Below are positions 50,991 through 64,000 of a DNA stretch of 64,000 bases, in pieces (position 1 is the first letter of the stretch; every line of letters starts with the position of its first letter). The notes under the pieces were generated by a model. That model was not told the origin of the DNA, did not search any database, and saw only the letters and a program-made list of their open reading frames with translations. This stretch comes from Vicugna vicugna (lineage: Eukaryota), in contig MU058418.1 of the NCBI GenBank assembly GCA_013265495.1, positions 1,514,917-1,578,916 of the forward strand, in the 5' to 3' direction. The position numbers and the translations under genes are program-made.

Positions 50991-52800
50991 TGTGTTCCCA
51001 AAGTACTTATCAAGATGTCTCCGTGGGGGAGATCATACTTGTTCTTATATTGCAGATGAGAGAAATAAGATTCCAAAATTGTGACGATGAACCAGTGTGC
51101 AGTAAGTGCTTTGTCAGCCATTACTGATACATGGCTTCTTGCACCTACAACCGTGGAAATCATTTGGGTTTTGAGCCAGCTACAACAAGAAGACCCCCAG
51201 TTTGGCAGCCCAGTGGGTCTACCTTGTAGAGTGACTCTCTATTCTATAGTTCTGTCATTTGAAACTCCTATGAATTGCTTTATTTTTATTGCTGTAGTTT
51301 TTTGGGACTCAACTCAGTTTCGTCCTACTCTTTCCAAAAATCTCAGTTTCTAGAGTTCACCTGGTCCCTGTCAAACTATGGTTCTTGGACTGCAGAATTA
51401 GTTGTTAGGCAAAGGTTATGTTGGCCTTTGCTTCTGTTTAGGGTCGTTGCAATTAAATTTCTTCACTGCAGAATGGTTGGGTGCTATGTGCAAAGTAAAA
51501 GCAGGCTAAGAATAATTCCTTTAGTTTGTAATTTTTTTGTGATAGTGGATTATGTAAGGATCTCAGATATGTTTCATTTTAAATAAAAATTAAAGTTTGG
51601 ACTGCCCAGTCAGAAAATCTGAAAGTGGTCTCAGACTGCCTCCCCTTCCAGGTTATTTCCTCCTTTCTGCTTCCCCTTTTAAAGAATGCTTTGACTCTGG
51701 TCACCTCTAAATTGACAAAGGGAAGAGATCAGGTGAAATAGGAGCAGAGGGCGAGGGAGCAGGATCAGGACCACTGGAAGGTGGGGGTGAGGTGTTGTGT
51801 GCAAAGGGACACCATTGCTGAGAGAATCTGTGAAGATCTAACCAATTGAAATGTCAGCACTTTCTAGATCAGGGAAAATCTGTCTCAGACTAATTTGCCT
51901 TGGAATAATTCCTCACCGAGCAGTCAGTCGGTCAGCGAAGAGGGACCCAGAGAGCAGCCCATTCCAGCTCCTACATTTCACAAATCCACTCAGCTCTTCG
52001 CACTTGTACATTGTCCCTTCTCTCCATTTCTCCCCCGATTTCTGGCTTGTGCTTCCCCCACGCCCTCTAGCAGGGGTGGGCTGCCTCCACTCAGGACTGC
52101 CCTGGGCTTCAGAGGGAGACGGAAGCACTGGGCACTCCCATCTCGGCTGGCCCCTTGGAGTTCCCACCAGCACCTGTACTCTTACAAACAGGAGGAAGGC
52201 ACTGCAATTCACAGTCTGCCATGAGCACTTGTATCCACCTGCCACGTAGGTGTGCCACATACATCTTTCTTTCTTAGCAGCTCTGCACCTCCCCACGACA
52301 GCTCTGAGATGTGGGCGGTTGTGTGGTGGTAATTACTCCCACGTGCATTCTGCCTGTCTGGTTAGCTGATGTTCTGATTTCTGTACACAGGAACAGCTGC
52401 TCTCATACTTTGGGTTGTGTAAAGTAGGGAAAGAGATGGAGGAGATAGGAAATTTTGTCTTTTATCATTATCATTGTCAAAATAGAACTCTCTCTGTGTT
52501 TCCTAAACCTACAAAGCCCAGTCATTTAAGCTGCTAGTATTTTTATTAAACTTTTTATTGACATACAGAAAAGACACAGATCATCAGAATGCAGCCTGAT
52601 AAATTTACACAAACTCAACAGACAGTAAACAGCATTGAAAAAAAGAAAAAATAGATCATTATCAGCCCCCCGCCCCAGAAACCACCTTCCCAGGGTGACT
52701 ACTGTCCTGATTTCTCACCTCATAGATTAGATTAGTTTCAGCTAGTTGTTTTTTTTTAAATAGGAACTGAGCTCCAAGCATTTGACAAGTAAAACAAAAC

Positions 52801-52803
<3 letters not shown>

Positions 52804-52831
<28 letters not shown>

Positions 52832-52862
52832 CAAAATATATGTATATATTATACATATATAT
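52804..52862. repeat. (TA)n microsatellite, interrupted
   Basis: Directly visible. Confidence 0.9.
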
Positions 52863-55800
52863 TTAAAGAGATTTAGAAGCCCATCTATCCATCTATATCT
52901 TGGTGATAGGGGAGATCCAGGGTAAGAAAAAGCAGAATGAGAATGTCAAAGCAGTGTTTTTGCTTTCACAATTTCTGAAACGAATGGTGACATTACAGCA
53001 GTGAGTCACATGCTGAGTGTGACAGAGGAGCCCAGAGTACCTGTGGAGAAAATCATAGTAATAGAAATGCGCAAACAATTACCACATCCAAAGGTTATGT
53101 GCTTGGGGGAATTTTTAATACATATTTGCTTTTGAACTTCCAAGAGGTGTGTGTATTCTGTTGCTTTACAAATTAAATCGTAGAAACTTTCTGCAGTGGG
53201 AGGTCATGGACCCCCTTTTCCAGTCTTCATGTAGAATGAGACCCCCACCTTCCCATCTGGTGATCCAGACAGGTCAGAAATTGGTCAGAGCCCACTGCAG
53301 TGGGATGAGAGTCAAGGCCAATAAGACCCCTTACATATTTTAGGAATGTTGTCTTCTTTGGTTGGGTTGTTCTGTGGAAATAGTCTTTCAGTCTTCAATA
53401 GACCAGTTTTATCAACCAGGACAGATCTTAAAACCTGACTTTGCCAGTGTCCTTGGGTATACTCCATTTACTGGTTAGTGTCATAACGCAAATCTTGAGG
53501 GAGGGGTTCTCAAGTGAAGATTTAAACTCACTTGAAATATTCTCTGAATTCTAAGATGCAATGAATTTTACAAGAAAAAAAATTTTCCTGTTGTGCTTCC
53601 TAAAAGCCATTTTGCTCCACAAAGTGAAAGAACATTTTTGTAGAACCTAGCCTGATAGAAATTGATAGCTTGTTTCATTTTCCCTTGAAGAATTAAAGAT
53701 GTAGCACTTTATACTTTAAGTAGTCCAATGAGATATATGTTCAAATGGGGTAAATAATTTAGTAAAGGCCAATAGCAAAATGGAACTAATTTTTTATAAT
53801 ACACAACAATGGCTAATTTTGCACTAGGAAAATGATGGCTTTTGTTAAGGAGCTGTTTAGGGGATTGATCTTGCCATCCGGAGATAATTCAGTTATTCTC
53901 TTTTGGGTAAAAATTAGCTTTACAAAACCGTATTTTCTCTTTTTGTAAGATCTTTTATTTAGTATCCAGAAAATTTGTAATAGTTAAGGCATCCGTAAAA
54001 GCAGCCATTTACTTTATCTGCATTTTTCTTATCTGGCAGACTGCTCAGTCTTTGTTTCAGATTCAAGGTTCCTGCAGAGTACAGACAGTTTGAGATAAGA
54101 AAACCTCAAATCCATATTCAGTATTGAGATTATCCTTATGTACTTCATCTTTCATAATTCTATGTAAAGCATTTATTGTCCTGTATCATACTCTTAGTGT
54201 TTTTTTTCCTTAGCTTCAGGGCCTAAGTCACATTCTTATGACTATTTTGCTGCAAATTAAGGAGACTAAAAAGTAAAGCAACTCTTTATTAAACAAATAT
54301 AGCATGATTTACACAAACAGATGAGTGTTGTCTCCTTCAGAATAAACCCCTCTGAATTCAGGATCTTTTTCCCAGCAAAGTTGCATCAGAGGCCAGAACC
54401 TTGGCTTTTGAGACTTAAAAGTAACTTGGAACCAAATCTGGTCAATATGTAGAAGGTGAGTAGCTTACGTAGGGAAGGAGCTAGCATTTCTCGAGCCTCC
54501 ATAACAGGAATTGTATATATATGTCAGTGCTCCTGCAGGAAGGGGACTGCCATCTCTTTTGATAGCTAGAGAAGTAAATAGCCTGCTCCAAGTTCACATA
54601 ACCAGGAAGTAGATTCCGCACGGGTTGGTCTGATCTCAGAGTCATTCACTCTTCCTGTTATACTGATTATTTTATTTCTGTTTTTTTCTAACTGTTTTTG
54701 GAAAAATGTGTCTCCAGTCATAAAACTAATTTTTTGGTCTGGCTTATGAACTGATTCCATATGCAAATGAACAAGAGAATAAAAATATTTTGAAAAATTT
54801 CTCATTGTTGCATTAAGCAACTGCTTGAGAAGAGACCTCTAATATAGATGTCTGTGTTCTATTAATGTATATGAGAAAATGAGTGGTTGCAATTATGTGT
54901 CATATATGATAGATGACCTCACCCATTTTCCCCAATTATCTGACTTGAATTTCACACTGGATTTTTTTAAAAAAGTTATTGATTAACCTATTGGATTGGG
55001 AGTAACTCATTTCACATGTTCTATAAGTGACGTTAGGAACTTTAACTTGATTATTTGGGGTTAGAGACTAGAAGCACTGCTGCCATAAGATTACTCTTTC
55101 ATAGATGGATAATTGTGCTGGAGGTGGAGGAAGTCTGGACTACCAGGCAACACTGAAGGTGGGCGTGTAGGTCCCTGTGAAGCTGTGGCCCCAGGCTGGG
55201 TCGGAGGCCACTGCGCCCTGGAGGGCAGACCAGGGGATGCTCTGGGTGGCTCAGCTTGGTGCAGGTGGTTTTAAGTCCTTAAGGAACTGAAATTTTTTTG
55301 CCAGTAATGTTCCTTTTCTGAGGGTATCAGCCTAGAATTCTTGAGATTTAGAAAATAAAACATATTTATATCAGAAGTCCAGGACTACTTGCTCTTGTGT
55401 TTTGTGACTTTTTCATCTAAATTTTTCAAAAAATTTATGTCATTTAAAAAAATACGTTTGTGAAGTCCAACATATATAAGGGTCATATTTATATTCCACA
55501 TAGTTCTTGGCACATGTAACTGCCCAATAAACATTTTCTGAGCTGAATTGAACACAAAAATTTACAAAGTGTTTTGAATATACTCTACCAAATTTTATAT
55601 AGTCTCTTCTACAGATCTGTTTGCTGGCCTGGGTAAGCCTTTTCTTCAAATACACTAAGCAGGACAGTAGAATACTTAATACAATATAACTGACAAAAAC
55701 AATTTAAAAAGTGTTACATCCCTAACACAATAAGTAAGGTGGGCCAGTGAGACTAGAACTAGGGGGCTGGGGAGAAGCCAGGCGGGGAGCCGTGTGCTCA

Positions 55801-55888
55801 TGTGGAAGTGTCAGGGCCAGTTCCTGGTGGTGAGTCTGATTCAAGACACAGAAACTCATGCCAATCATTTAAAAAAATCTCTTTCCAG

Positions 55889-56060
55889 AAACCGAAAGCT
55901 CCAGCATCTCCTGCCACAGAGGAGGATCCCTGCCCTTCCTTTCCTAAACCCCCAGTGGACCCTGCGAAGATTAGAAGGATAAGCAGTGCCCGGGCGCGCT
56001 TGTTCAGGGCGGCCTCACAGGGGGCTCTTCTGCCAGACAGGACCCTTCCTCCCACACAGC
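55889..56060 (+). CDS. ARMC2: ARMC2 coding exon 3 (172 nt)
   Basis: Acceptor ctttccag|AAA, donor C|gtaagg. Encodes KPKAPASPATEEDPCPSFPKPPVDPAKIRRISSARARLFRAASQGALLPDRTLPPTQ; phase 0 in, phase 1 out. Confidence 0.95.
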
Positions 56061-58065
56061 GTAAGGCCACATAACATCTTTTAAAGCCTGGGGGCAAGCA
56101 TGGTTCTTGAATTTGCACACAAGAGCTATTTCCGTATGATTTTTTTTCAAACCCCACATGATTTTTAATGTTATTTAAGACTTAGTTAATATTGTGCAAA
56201 AGCTGGTTAAGAAACGTTCATGTATTTTTCTGGGAGTTTATAAAGAATACCAAAATATCAAGGGTTTTTTTTTAAGTTACTTGGTAGAAAAAGAATATTA
56301 GGATAAGTGTTTTCTAACAAATGGGTTCATCTGTATTAGAAATACTTTCTAAAGTAGAGTTTGAAAAGTTGTTAATTTCATTAAGCATACTGAAGATTCC
56401 TATAAGGTACACTAAGCTTGGGTCTTTGAAATACCTCTCTGATCCCATGTGAAAATGTGAGAGCAAGTTGAATGGGCTTTTCCTTTGGCCACAAAACTCC
56501 TGGCAGGTACTGGAACCTGGAAACAGAGAGACTAAAAATTTCCAATTCTAAGAAACGCCCCCAACAATTGGAATCACAACCCACCTCCAGATCATACTAA
56601 GTTTTTCAAACTATAGGAAACGTCCCATTACTGGGGTGACAATTAGTTTAATGGATCATACCAGCATTTAAAACAATGAAATAGAGTAGATGGAATGGAA
56701 AATGTCAGGGTACATTGCAGACAATAAAGGTAAGTATTGCTTCAAGGATTTTACTTCAGTCATGTACGTGTGTGTTCAGGACCATATTATAAGTTTATTA
56801 TACATTATATTAAATCATATTATAAATTTATCATTACTGTACTTAGCCGTTTGCACCAAAGCATATTCATGTCCCGCTCCAAAGTCTGTCTCTCTGGCAG
56901 TTCTTCCATCCACCCTGTTGGCGGTTGCCACCCTCACCATTCTCCACATCCCTGCAGTCTGTGTCAGCACCCAGGAAACAATGGCAGTAAAAAGTCATTG
57001 TCTTTTTAAAAGTACACATGCCCAATTTAAAAAAATTCTATGGCTCCAGCCTCGAACTCATTGTCCTTTGTACAGGGGCTCCCTGGGCTTGTTTGAGAGT
57101 CCCTATTATTTAGAAAAGGTATCCTTTGTTGGGGAACCGACTGTAAAGGCTGCTGTGCCTGGAGACAGAGGGTGCGTCCCTTCCTTTGGTGTGAAGTCAT
57201 TAGTAGCTGACACCTCCTCAGGTTGTGCTGGGGTGTGGTGGCAGGTTCGGAATTCCTGATGGAAGAAAATGAAAAGGGAAGAGCTGTGTGTAGTTCATAG
57301 AGCCCACAGTTCAATTGCTTGTGTTCAAATAGGGTTTCTGGCTGGAGGTGGCAGCGTTGCTAACACCCCCCAGTTATTCCAGCTGGATGGATACCTCAGA
57401 GCATTCTCTACCCTCTCACAACCTCTGTTACCTTTGCCATCACAGAGGCTTCCTAAATATCTCCTGGGTCTGCATTCTTCTTCCCACCACTGCCCCACGG
57501 CTTTTATCACCTCTTGACTTGTCCCTGGTCACCCAGCGCTCCTGTCTTGCTCCACCCTCAGCTCGCTGGGGGCTGCAGGTGGGTCAACACAAGGACTCTC
57601 TGGGAGTAGCCAGCAGAGCCTGGGGAAGCTGAGCCTCCACCCAGACATGGCTGTGAGCAGTGGCCTTGTCCCTTTACCTCAGTGAACCATGAAAAACAAT
57701 CATTTTCTGTGTGCCATAGCGGACAAGAGGTCAGGAAGCCAAAAAAGAAAAAAAAAATCAGGTTACATCATCTTCTTGCTGAAAACCCTTCAGCGGATCC
57801 CCGGTGCCTAGAATGGTGTTTGCCAAACTGAATTCCAGGGAACACTTCTGGCAAAATGTTAATAGCTTTTTATTGGAAAAAGAGTTCAGTGCTCCAATGA
57901 GTGTACCTACTTCCTCTCCATCTCAGAGAGGCACAGTGAGCGTGAGCATGTTCAAGGGTGGGGAAGGCCACCTGGTAAAGACACCTGTTTAATTTTAACT
58001 CAGCCCAGCATTTCACAGACCAACTTGACTGTAGAATCTGTCTTTTGGGAAACACTGACCTAGGA

Positions 58066-58367
58066 CAGTAGTTGGTCAACTTTTTCCATAAAGAGCCAGA
58101 GAGTGAACATTTCAGACCTTGTAGGCCGTAGAGTCTCTGTTCAACCTACTTAGCTCTGCCACTGCAGCAGGAAAGGGACCACAGACTGATTTATGCCCAC
58201 TGAAATTTGAATTTCTTATAATTTTCACATGTTACCAAATACTGTTCTTCTTTTGATTCTTCCCCTACCCGAACCATTTGAAAATATATAAACCATCCTT
58301 AGCTTGTAGGCTATACAGAAAGAGGTGGCAGGCCAGATTTGGTGGAGCTGTAGTTTGTTGACTCCTG
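58066..58367. mobile_element. MER58B-like hAT-Charlie non-autonomous DNA transposon
   Basis: Terminal inverted repeats cagtagttggtcaact / agtttgttgactcctg, CTAG-containing flanks, and internal aaagagccagagagtgaacatttcagaccttgtaggcc. Confidence 0.85.
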
Positions 58368-58548
58368 GTCTAGGCGATGAAGTCTCCTCTCCAGTATGCA
58401 CAGCTGTGCCATGGTCTGGCCCCAGCCTGACATTCTAGGTCCTTCTCTCCAGTCTCCTTTCCTTTCCCACACCCTGCCCTGGTCTGTGCACCAGCAATAT
58501 GGAACCCTTGCAGTTCCCCATACCCATCCTACTATTTCAAGCCTCATG

Positions 58549-58726
58549 CAGGATCTGCTATATAATTTGCTGGACCCAGTGCAAAATGAGAATGTGGAGC
58601 TCTTTGTTCAAAAATTATTTAGAATTTCAAGATGGCAATGGCAAAACATTAAACCGAGTGTGGGGCCCTTCTCAGCGTGGGGCCCTGCTTGACCACACAG
58701 CTTGGACACACCTAAAGCTGGCTCTT
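58549..58726 (+). mobile_element. MER91A-like hAT-Tip100 DNA transposon
   Basis: ataatttgctggacccagtgcaaaatgagaatgtgg...ttgttcaaaaattatttagaatttcaagatggc...cattaaaccgagtgtggggcccttct. Confidence 0.8.
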
Positions 58727-60329
58727 ACTCCAGACTTGTGTTCCTTTTCCTCAGAATTTTTTTTTTTCTGGTCTCCTGTTAACCTTTCAAATTACTTCTC
58801 AGGCTCCACTTCCTCAATGACTCTTTCCCTGACCAACTTCAACCCCTCAGGACTCCCTGCTCTCTGTACTTCTTACCCGGCTCAGACCACGCGTGCTGCA
58901 TCTCTCCCTGTATGCATCTGCTTCTCTTTCCCCTACTACTGAAGACTGAACAACTTCAGTAGGAGAAGAGGTTTTCTCTGTTTGAAGCCTGAGAGCCTGA
59001 ATGGGCTGTAATCTGCAGTAAGTGCCAAAGAAATATCTGTGCAACAGAACAGTTCCCATGTGAAAATGCTGCTGGTTGTAGAATCCTTTTGAAGCTTATC
59101 CACAGTCCATTATGAAATTAGTACAGCATGCCGCATGCACCTGCCAGAAAGACCCAGAGCTTCGTTACTCATGCACAGTTTAACGTGGGCATCCGTCAGT
59201 AAGAGTAAGCCCCGGGCAACTCTTTGCTGCAGTGACAACTGACAGCTGACTCCAATAGATTGTGAAAACAGAGGGGCTGCAGCTCCTCTGCCCACAAGTA
59301 GGGGGGCGTTTTTCCCTCTAGAGTGGAAGCTCCATGAAGGCTGGGATTTCTTGTTCCTCCTGGACCGCCAGCTGCTGAAACAGCGTCTAGCACATGGCAA
59401 TGGGTGCTTAATAAATATTTGTGGAGTGAACAAGTGGAAGCAATGAATGCTGTAATATTGGGACAGGCTAAAAATGCTTTATAATCTAAACTGAAGTACA
59501 TGCTTGGTGATTCAGTCCTAAACATATTCAGGGTTGCGTGGTGCTGGACCAGAACCCAGGATTCTTGGGTTCTATTAATAACGATGATCATAACCTCTAG
59601 GTCTGGAAGTATGCTAGCACCACATACGTCACTTCACTGGACCATATCACTTAATTCTCTCCACATTCCCAAGAGGTGGGGACCACTGAGGAAGGGGAGA
59701 GAAAGTGAGTGACCTGCCCACATCACACAGCTGTACTTGATCCCAAGTCTAATGAGATGCCAAGCCCACACTCTCCCTGCTGAGCAGTCCTGGCTCTCCC
59801 CAAACCTGCTCCATGACCTTGAACTGGTCACATAACCTTTCGGGTTCTCAATTTTCTCAGCTGAAAAATGAAGGTTAGACTCACCAGTCTCTAAGGTTCC
59901 TTTCTGCTGTAAAATTCAGTGTTTTGAAAGCATGGAGCTTAGTCAGAGGAGGTGACTAGGTGGTTTTGTTATTGTTGGTTTTTATTGGTTTGATGGTTTA
60001 AGTGCAGAAAGGAAACCTTGAGTCATTTTGGAAAAGCCTGCAAGACTATTTCTCTATATGAAGCTCATTCTCTTTTCCCCTTTGAAAAATATAATTTGTC
60101 ACGGACTAGAATGTAGTAGCAGCAGTATGGGTAAGCTATTTCTAATGTCAGTTTGCCAATGAAGCAGCAGTGTTGTATTTTAAGTCTAAGGATCTATAGC
60201 CATAAACACAATAGATGTTTCAGTTCAGAGGCTGGATGTCTTTTTTTTTTGCAACTCTATCTTAGTCCTCTTTAGAAAGTCTACAAGTGTTTCAGTGCCC
60301 TCCTCTGTCCATGTCTGGTAGTGGTCTGC

Positions 60330-60755
60330 TGGGCCTCCACCACCCAGCCCTGTCCTTCTGATCACCTTTCCCCCTCACATACTCCACTCATGCTGGTCCT
60401 CAAGTGCCACTCCTGCCTTAGAGCCTCCGCACCAGCTGTTCCCTCTGCTGGAAATTCTGTCCTTCATCATTTGATGGCTTGATATTCATCACCATTAAGG
60501 GTTGCCTACCAGGCGTACCTGTTCAAAATTGCTACCTGCCCCCATTCCCAATCCCCTTTTACCCTTCTCCACTTTTCTACTTTCGCTTTTTTCCCATAGC
60601 ACTTATCTTAAATCAGATACTTCACCTTATGGTCTATTACTTATTGCCCGTTTACACCTATGAGGATGTAAGCCCACTGAGAGGGATCTTTGTTTCGTCA
60701 TGATGCCTCCCAAGCACCAGACATCAGGAAGGCACTCCAGTATTTTTGAATGAAA
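60330..60755 (+). mobile_element. LINE-2 3' fragment
   Basis: cctgccttagagcctccgcaccagctgttccctctgctggaaa...gatgtaagcccactgagaggga...tatttttgaatgaa. Confidence 0.7.
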
Positions 60756-61099
60756 AATTACTAATGTGATCAAATCCAGGACAGGGAATTGTTATGGGAC
60801 ATGAGAGTGTTTATATGGACTTAGGTAGTTCATAAACCGAAATTTGAGTGTTTGCCTGCAGGTAGACTCCAAGCTAATAGAGAGAGGATCCTGTTCATTT
60901 TTACCTGATGAATTGATGTCAAGTCTAAAATAGTGGTGAGGTCTTGGATATGTTCAGGGAGGTTTTATCCATACAATTCCAGACTTGATTATAAGTAATA
61001 TGTAGTTTTTAAATTGTATAAACTCTTGGGTTGAAAAAATATTGAAAGAGTGATTCCTAAAATAAATGCTTTGATCAAACATTTCCTTGGTTATTACAG

Positions 61100-61307
61100 C
61101 AAAGAAGAGAGTGGAATCTAAAGAAACAGTTATGATGGGGGACTCTATGGTGAAAATAAATGGGATTTATTTACCAGAATCAAATGCCTTTGGCCACTTA
61201 AAGAGTCACCCACTTCAGCTAACATATGATGGAGACATCAGTGAAATCAAGGAGCAAGAAGTGTTCAAGGGGACGACACCCTTGCCATCCCATCTCAGAA
61301 GTGGAGG
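61100..61307 (+). CDS. ARMC2: ARMC2 coding exon 4 (208 nt); gene continues past the window end
   Basis: Acceptor ttacag|CA, donor GG|gtcagt. Encodes (P)KKRVESKETVMMGDSMVKINGIYLPESNAFGHLKSHPLQLTYDGDISEIKEQEVFKGTTPLPSHLRSG, in frame with the previous exon. The four exons total 671 nt with no stop. Confidence 0.93.
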
Positions 61308-64000
61308 GTCAGTATTCTTTTTATTTAATTTTCTGCTCTGGACAACTGTGTCATTTACGAGTTTGTTCTCTAGCTTATGTAGATGATTGATTTGCATTTT
61401 TCCCTTTTCTATAAACAAATTTTAAGTTAGTGATGCATGCGTAGGAGAGAGTTCTCACGGCTGAATGGAGTTGATTTTACATCTCCCTCTTTAATCCTCA
61501 GGAAAACATTTATTCATACCTGCCAAAGTGCTGCTTTGATACAACTGTCAGGATAAAGTCTCTGCTTAATTTGGGCTGTTCCAGCCAGCCCTTGAGTGAT
61601 GACTGATCTTTCTGTTTGTGTTACTTGGGATTCTTGCCCAGCCTGGAATTTCTCATTACCTCCCTTTAGGTTAGTCCACTGTTGTTAACTCTACAAAACA
61701 GTGGACACTTGGTTTAATTCATCCTCCAGTTGAAACTTGGATTAAAATATTTATTTTGCAAACTCATAGTTAAAAACAGGAGGGCCCTGTGAAACTCTCT
61801 TATCTATTTCCCCTACTAACCCTCACAGAATGAATGATTGGGAATTATTTTCTTTCATACCATGTTCCTAAAGAAGGCTTTTTTTTTTTTTACCCCAATC
61901 CACACTGACGCCTTTACCCCACCCATCCAGGAGCCCCTAAATTCGTTCCACGTTCCTAGATAGGACTTTCTAGGGCTTCCCCTAGAAAACTGAGGAGCAA
62001 TTTTCCTACCATATTAAGGATTTGCAGAGAAATGCTCACTGTATGAACCATGTGAATTCTTACGCTGGCGTTTTCCTAAAGAAGCCTGGAATGACTGGGA
62101 ACCGGGGTGGGGATCGAGCAGCTGTTTTTCAGTCCCAGCCAGTAGTGATGCTAAGATAGGCGGAAGGTCTTGAACTGGACAGCGTCAGTCAGAGATATTT
62201 TTCGGCGACTTTCCATTGGGTCATTGTGGACAGCTGCCCAGTTCAAATCTACTTAACTAGATTGAATTCCACGGGCCATTTTAAGACCAAGTGCTTATTG
62301 CCCTCACTTTAGATTTTGGGTCCAACTTTGGCATGTACACATGCAGCATGCTTAAAACTAACTTTTCCCCGAACTGGCTGCTTGGCAGCTGGTTAGTTTA
62401 GCTGAAATGACCTTATCTGCTGACACAGAGTGTCGCACTCACTGAATTTATAGTAGTCAGTCTAGTAGTCCTTGTAATGTCGCTTTGCATTCAGAACATT
62501 TTTTTAAATTAAAGGAAAAATGAAATATCTCCTTAAGTGGAAGGGAACAACTTCAAACTGGGACTTTGGGAGTTGAGCACAAAACATCAAACTGGCCATT
62601 GCAACAAATCTTTTCCAGTTGGTGAGTAAGAATAGGCTGCGGACCTCAGAGCTTAAACATAAAAGGCAGCAGGAGAACTTGTGTTTCTTTCAGCACTGAA
62701 GTGAAAAGGAAACATTTATCTTGCTGCACCCATCCTTACAGTAATTAAAGTTGACTAGGAAAAACCAGACAAGAGCTGTTTTCTTTTCTTTTCTTTTTCA
62801 CAAGCTTTCAGATGTTGTGGAATAATCTGGCAAGCCAAGGTTCATTATGTCGCCCTCAGTCTGGGACAGCAAAGGCATTTTCAGTTACATATTTTATCCT
62901 CCAAACAGCAGAGAAAAAATCAATTAGGGACTGAAGGCAGTTCTTCCTGACTGTCCAGAATTAGGAGGCACTGGCGGCAGCACTAATTGTTTTCATCTGG
63001 CTTTGTTAGGCTGGCTTTTGCATCATGCAATGATTGTGACTGAGTTGGGTTTGCAAAACACCCTGGCAAGTTTAACTCCAAGTAACATTTTTGCATTATG
63101 AATCTTTACCTCTTTTAATCACTGGATGGGATTTTGTCGAAGTGGTGTCCCAAAAAAGTTTTTTTAGGATTAAGACAAGCCAGAAAATGGAAACTATTAG
63201 CAATTCTTCCATTAATTACACTTGTGAATCAATCTGGGATACTTGGTAGTTGTTTCTGGTAAACATTCAAATGAGTAATTCCAAGAAATGATCTTTGCTC
63301 TGCAGTGGAGTGTTCCCAGTTTTGATGCTAAAGTCTTGCCATCAATTAACACGTTTTCAGCTTTAGACCATAAAGTGGAAAATGAAGACCCTTGTCAGTG
63401 AACTGGGCTGGCTGGAGGGAGGGAATGGGTTGCATAACTAGAACAGGGAGAGGCAGGAGATGACAGTGGTTGAGGGCCGAGAAGAAGCGTGAGCAGCCGT
63501 GTAAATGGGACACAGGAGGCAAGGTCATGCTCTCTACACAGGGTCAGTGCCTTCTGCTCTCACCTGGGAGCTGCCACCTCCCACCAGTGCTTCTTGGCCT
63601 CGGGGAAGAAAGGAGTGATTTAATTCAGTGAAACCACTTTGATTTCAAGGAAGCCCTTAATTTAGAATACGGATAACTCAAACTTGGGATGGACTAGAGT
63701 TTAACTTTAAGTTGGTTGTTGTGATGGGAAAAGGACTTGCTAAGCAAAATGTCCTTGCAAACAAGGTCTTAGGGGACTGTTTAACTTTCCAGAGGAGAAC
63801 GTGCTCTGCAGTACTTGCTGAACTGTCACCTTCTCACTGTGTGCAGACTACAACAGCCTGTGTGTCCACACAAGGGTTCATTCATTGTTTGGCAGACCTG
63901 CTCCTTAGCAACACCCCATTTTCTCTTCCTTTGTGTTGCCATATGTTTTGAAAATAGCTTCCATTAAAATATGTATGTGTGCATATCTCCATCCACCATC

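Noticed and set aside
56690..57259. 189-aa plus-strand ORF in an ARMC2 intron
   Set aside because: No recognisable homology, and the flanking ARMC2 exons already join in frame without it; likely a chance ORF.
1..64000. Prokaryote-style novel system (CRISPR array, operon, defence island)
   Set aside because: The window is mammalian intergenic and intronic DNA with a single spliced gene; there are no repeat-spacer arrays or gene clusters.

Overview
Mammalian genomic DNA, most likely a camelid (alpaca/llama/camel), inferred from the tRNA-derived SINE family and young L1 3' ends. Positions ~1-44,300 are repeat-rich intergenic DNA (old L1M, L2, MIR, MaLR/ERVL LTRs, young SINE and L1 copies, and a processed RPL37A pseudogene at ~20.6-21.0 kb). 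A CpG-island promoter with an RFX X-box at ~44.4-45.2 kb starts ARMC2 on the + strand: an inferred non-coding exon 1 and four coding exons (47675-47892, 48351-48423, 55889-56060, 61100-61307) that splice in frame; the gene continues beyond the window. I found no convincing novel multi-gene system. The most interesting observations are a ~450 bp direct duplication bracketing the ARMC2 promoter with a 106 bp perfectly identical core, a spliced uORF ending 8 nt before the ARMC2 start codon, a perfect 25 bp inverted repeat at 9018-9073, a twin-primed L1 insertion and an L1 with a short 3' transduction. Repeat subfamily names and boundaries were assigned by eye from recalled consensus sequences and are approximate.
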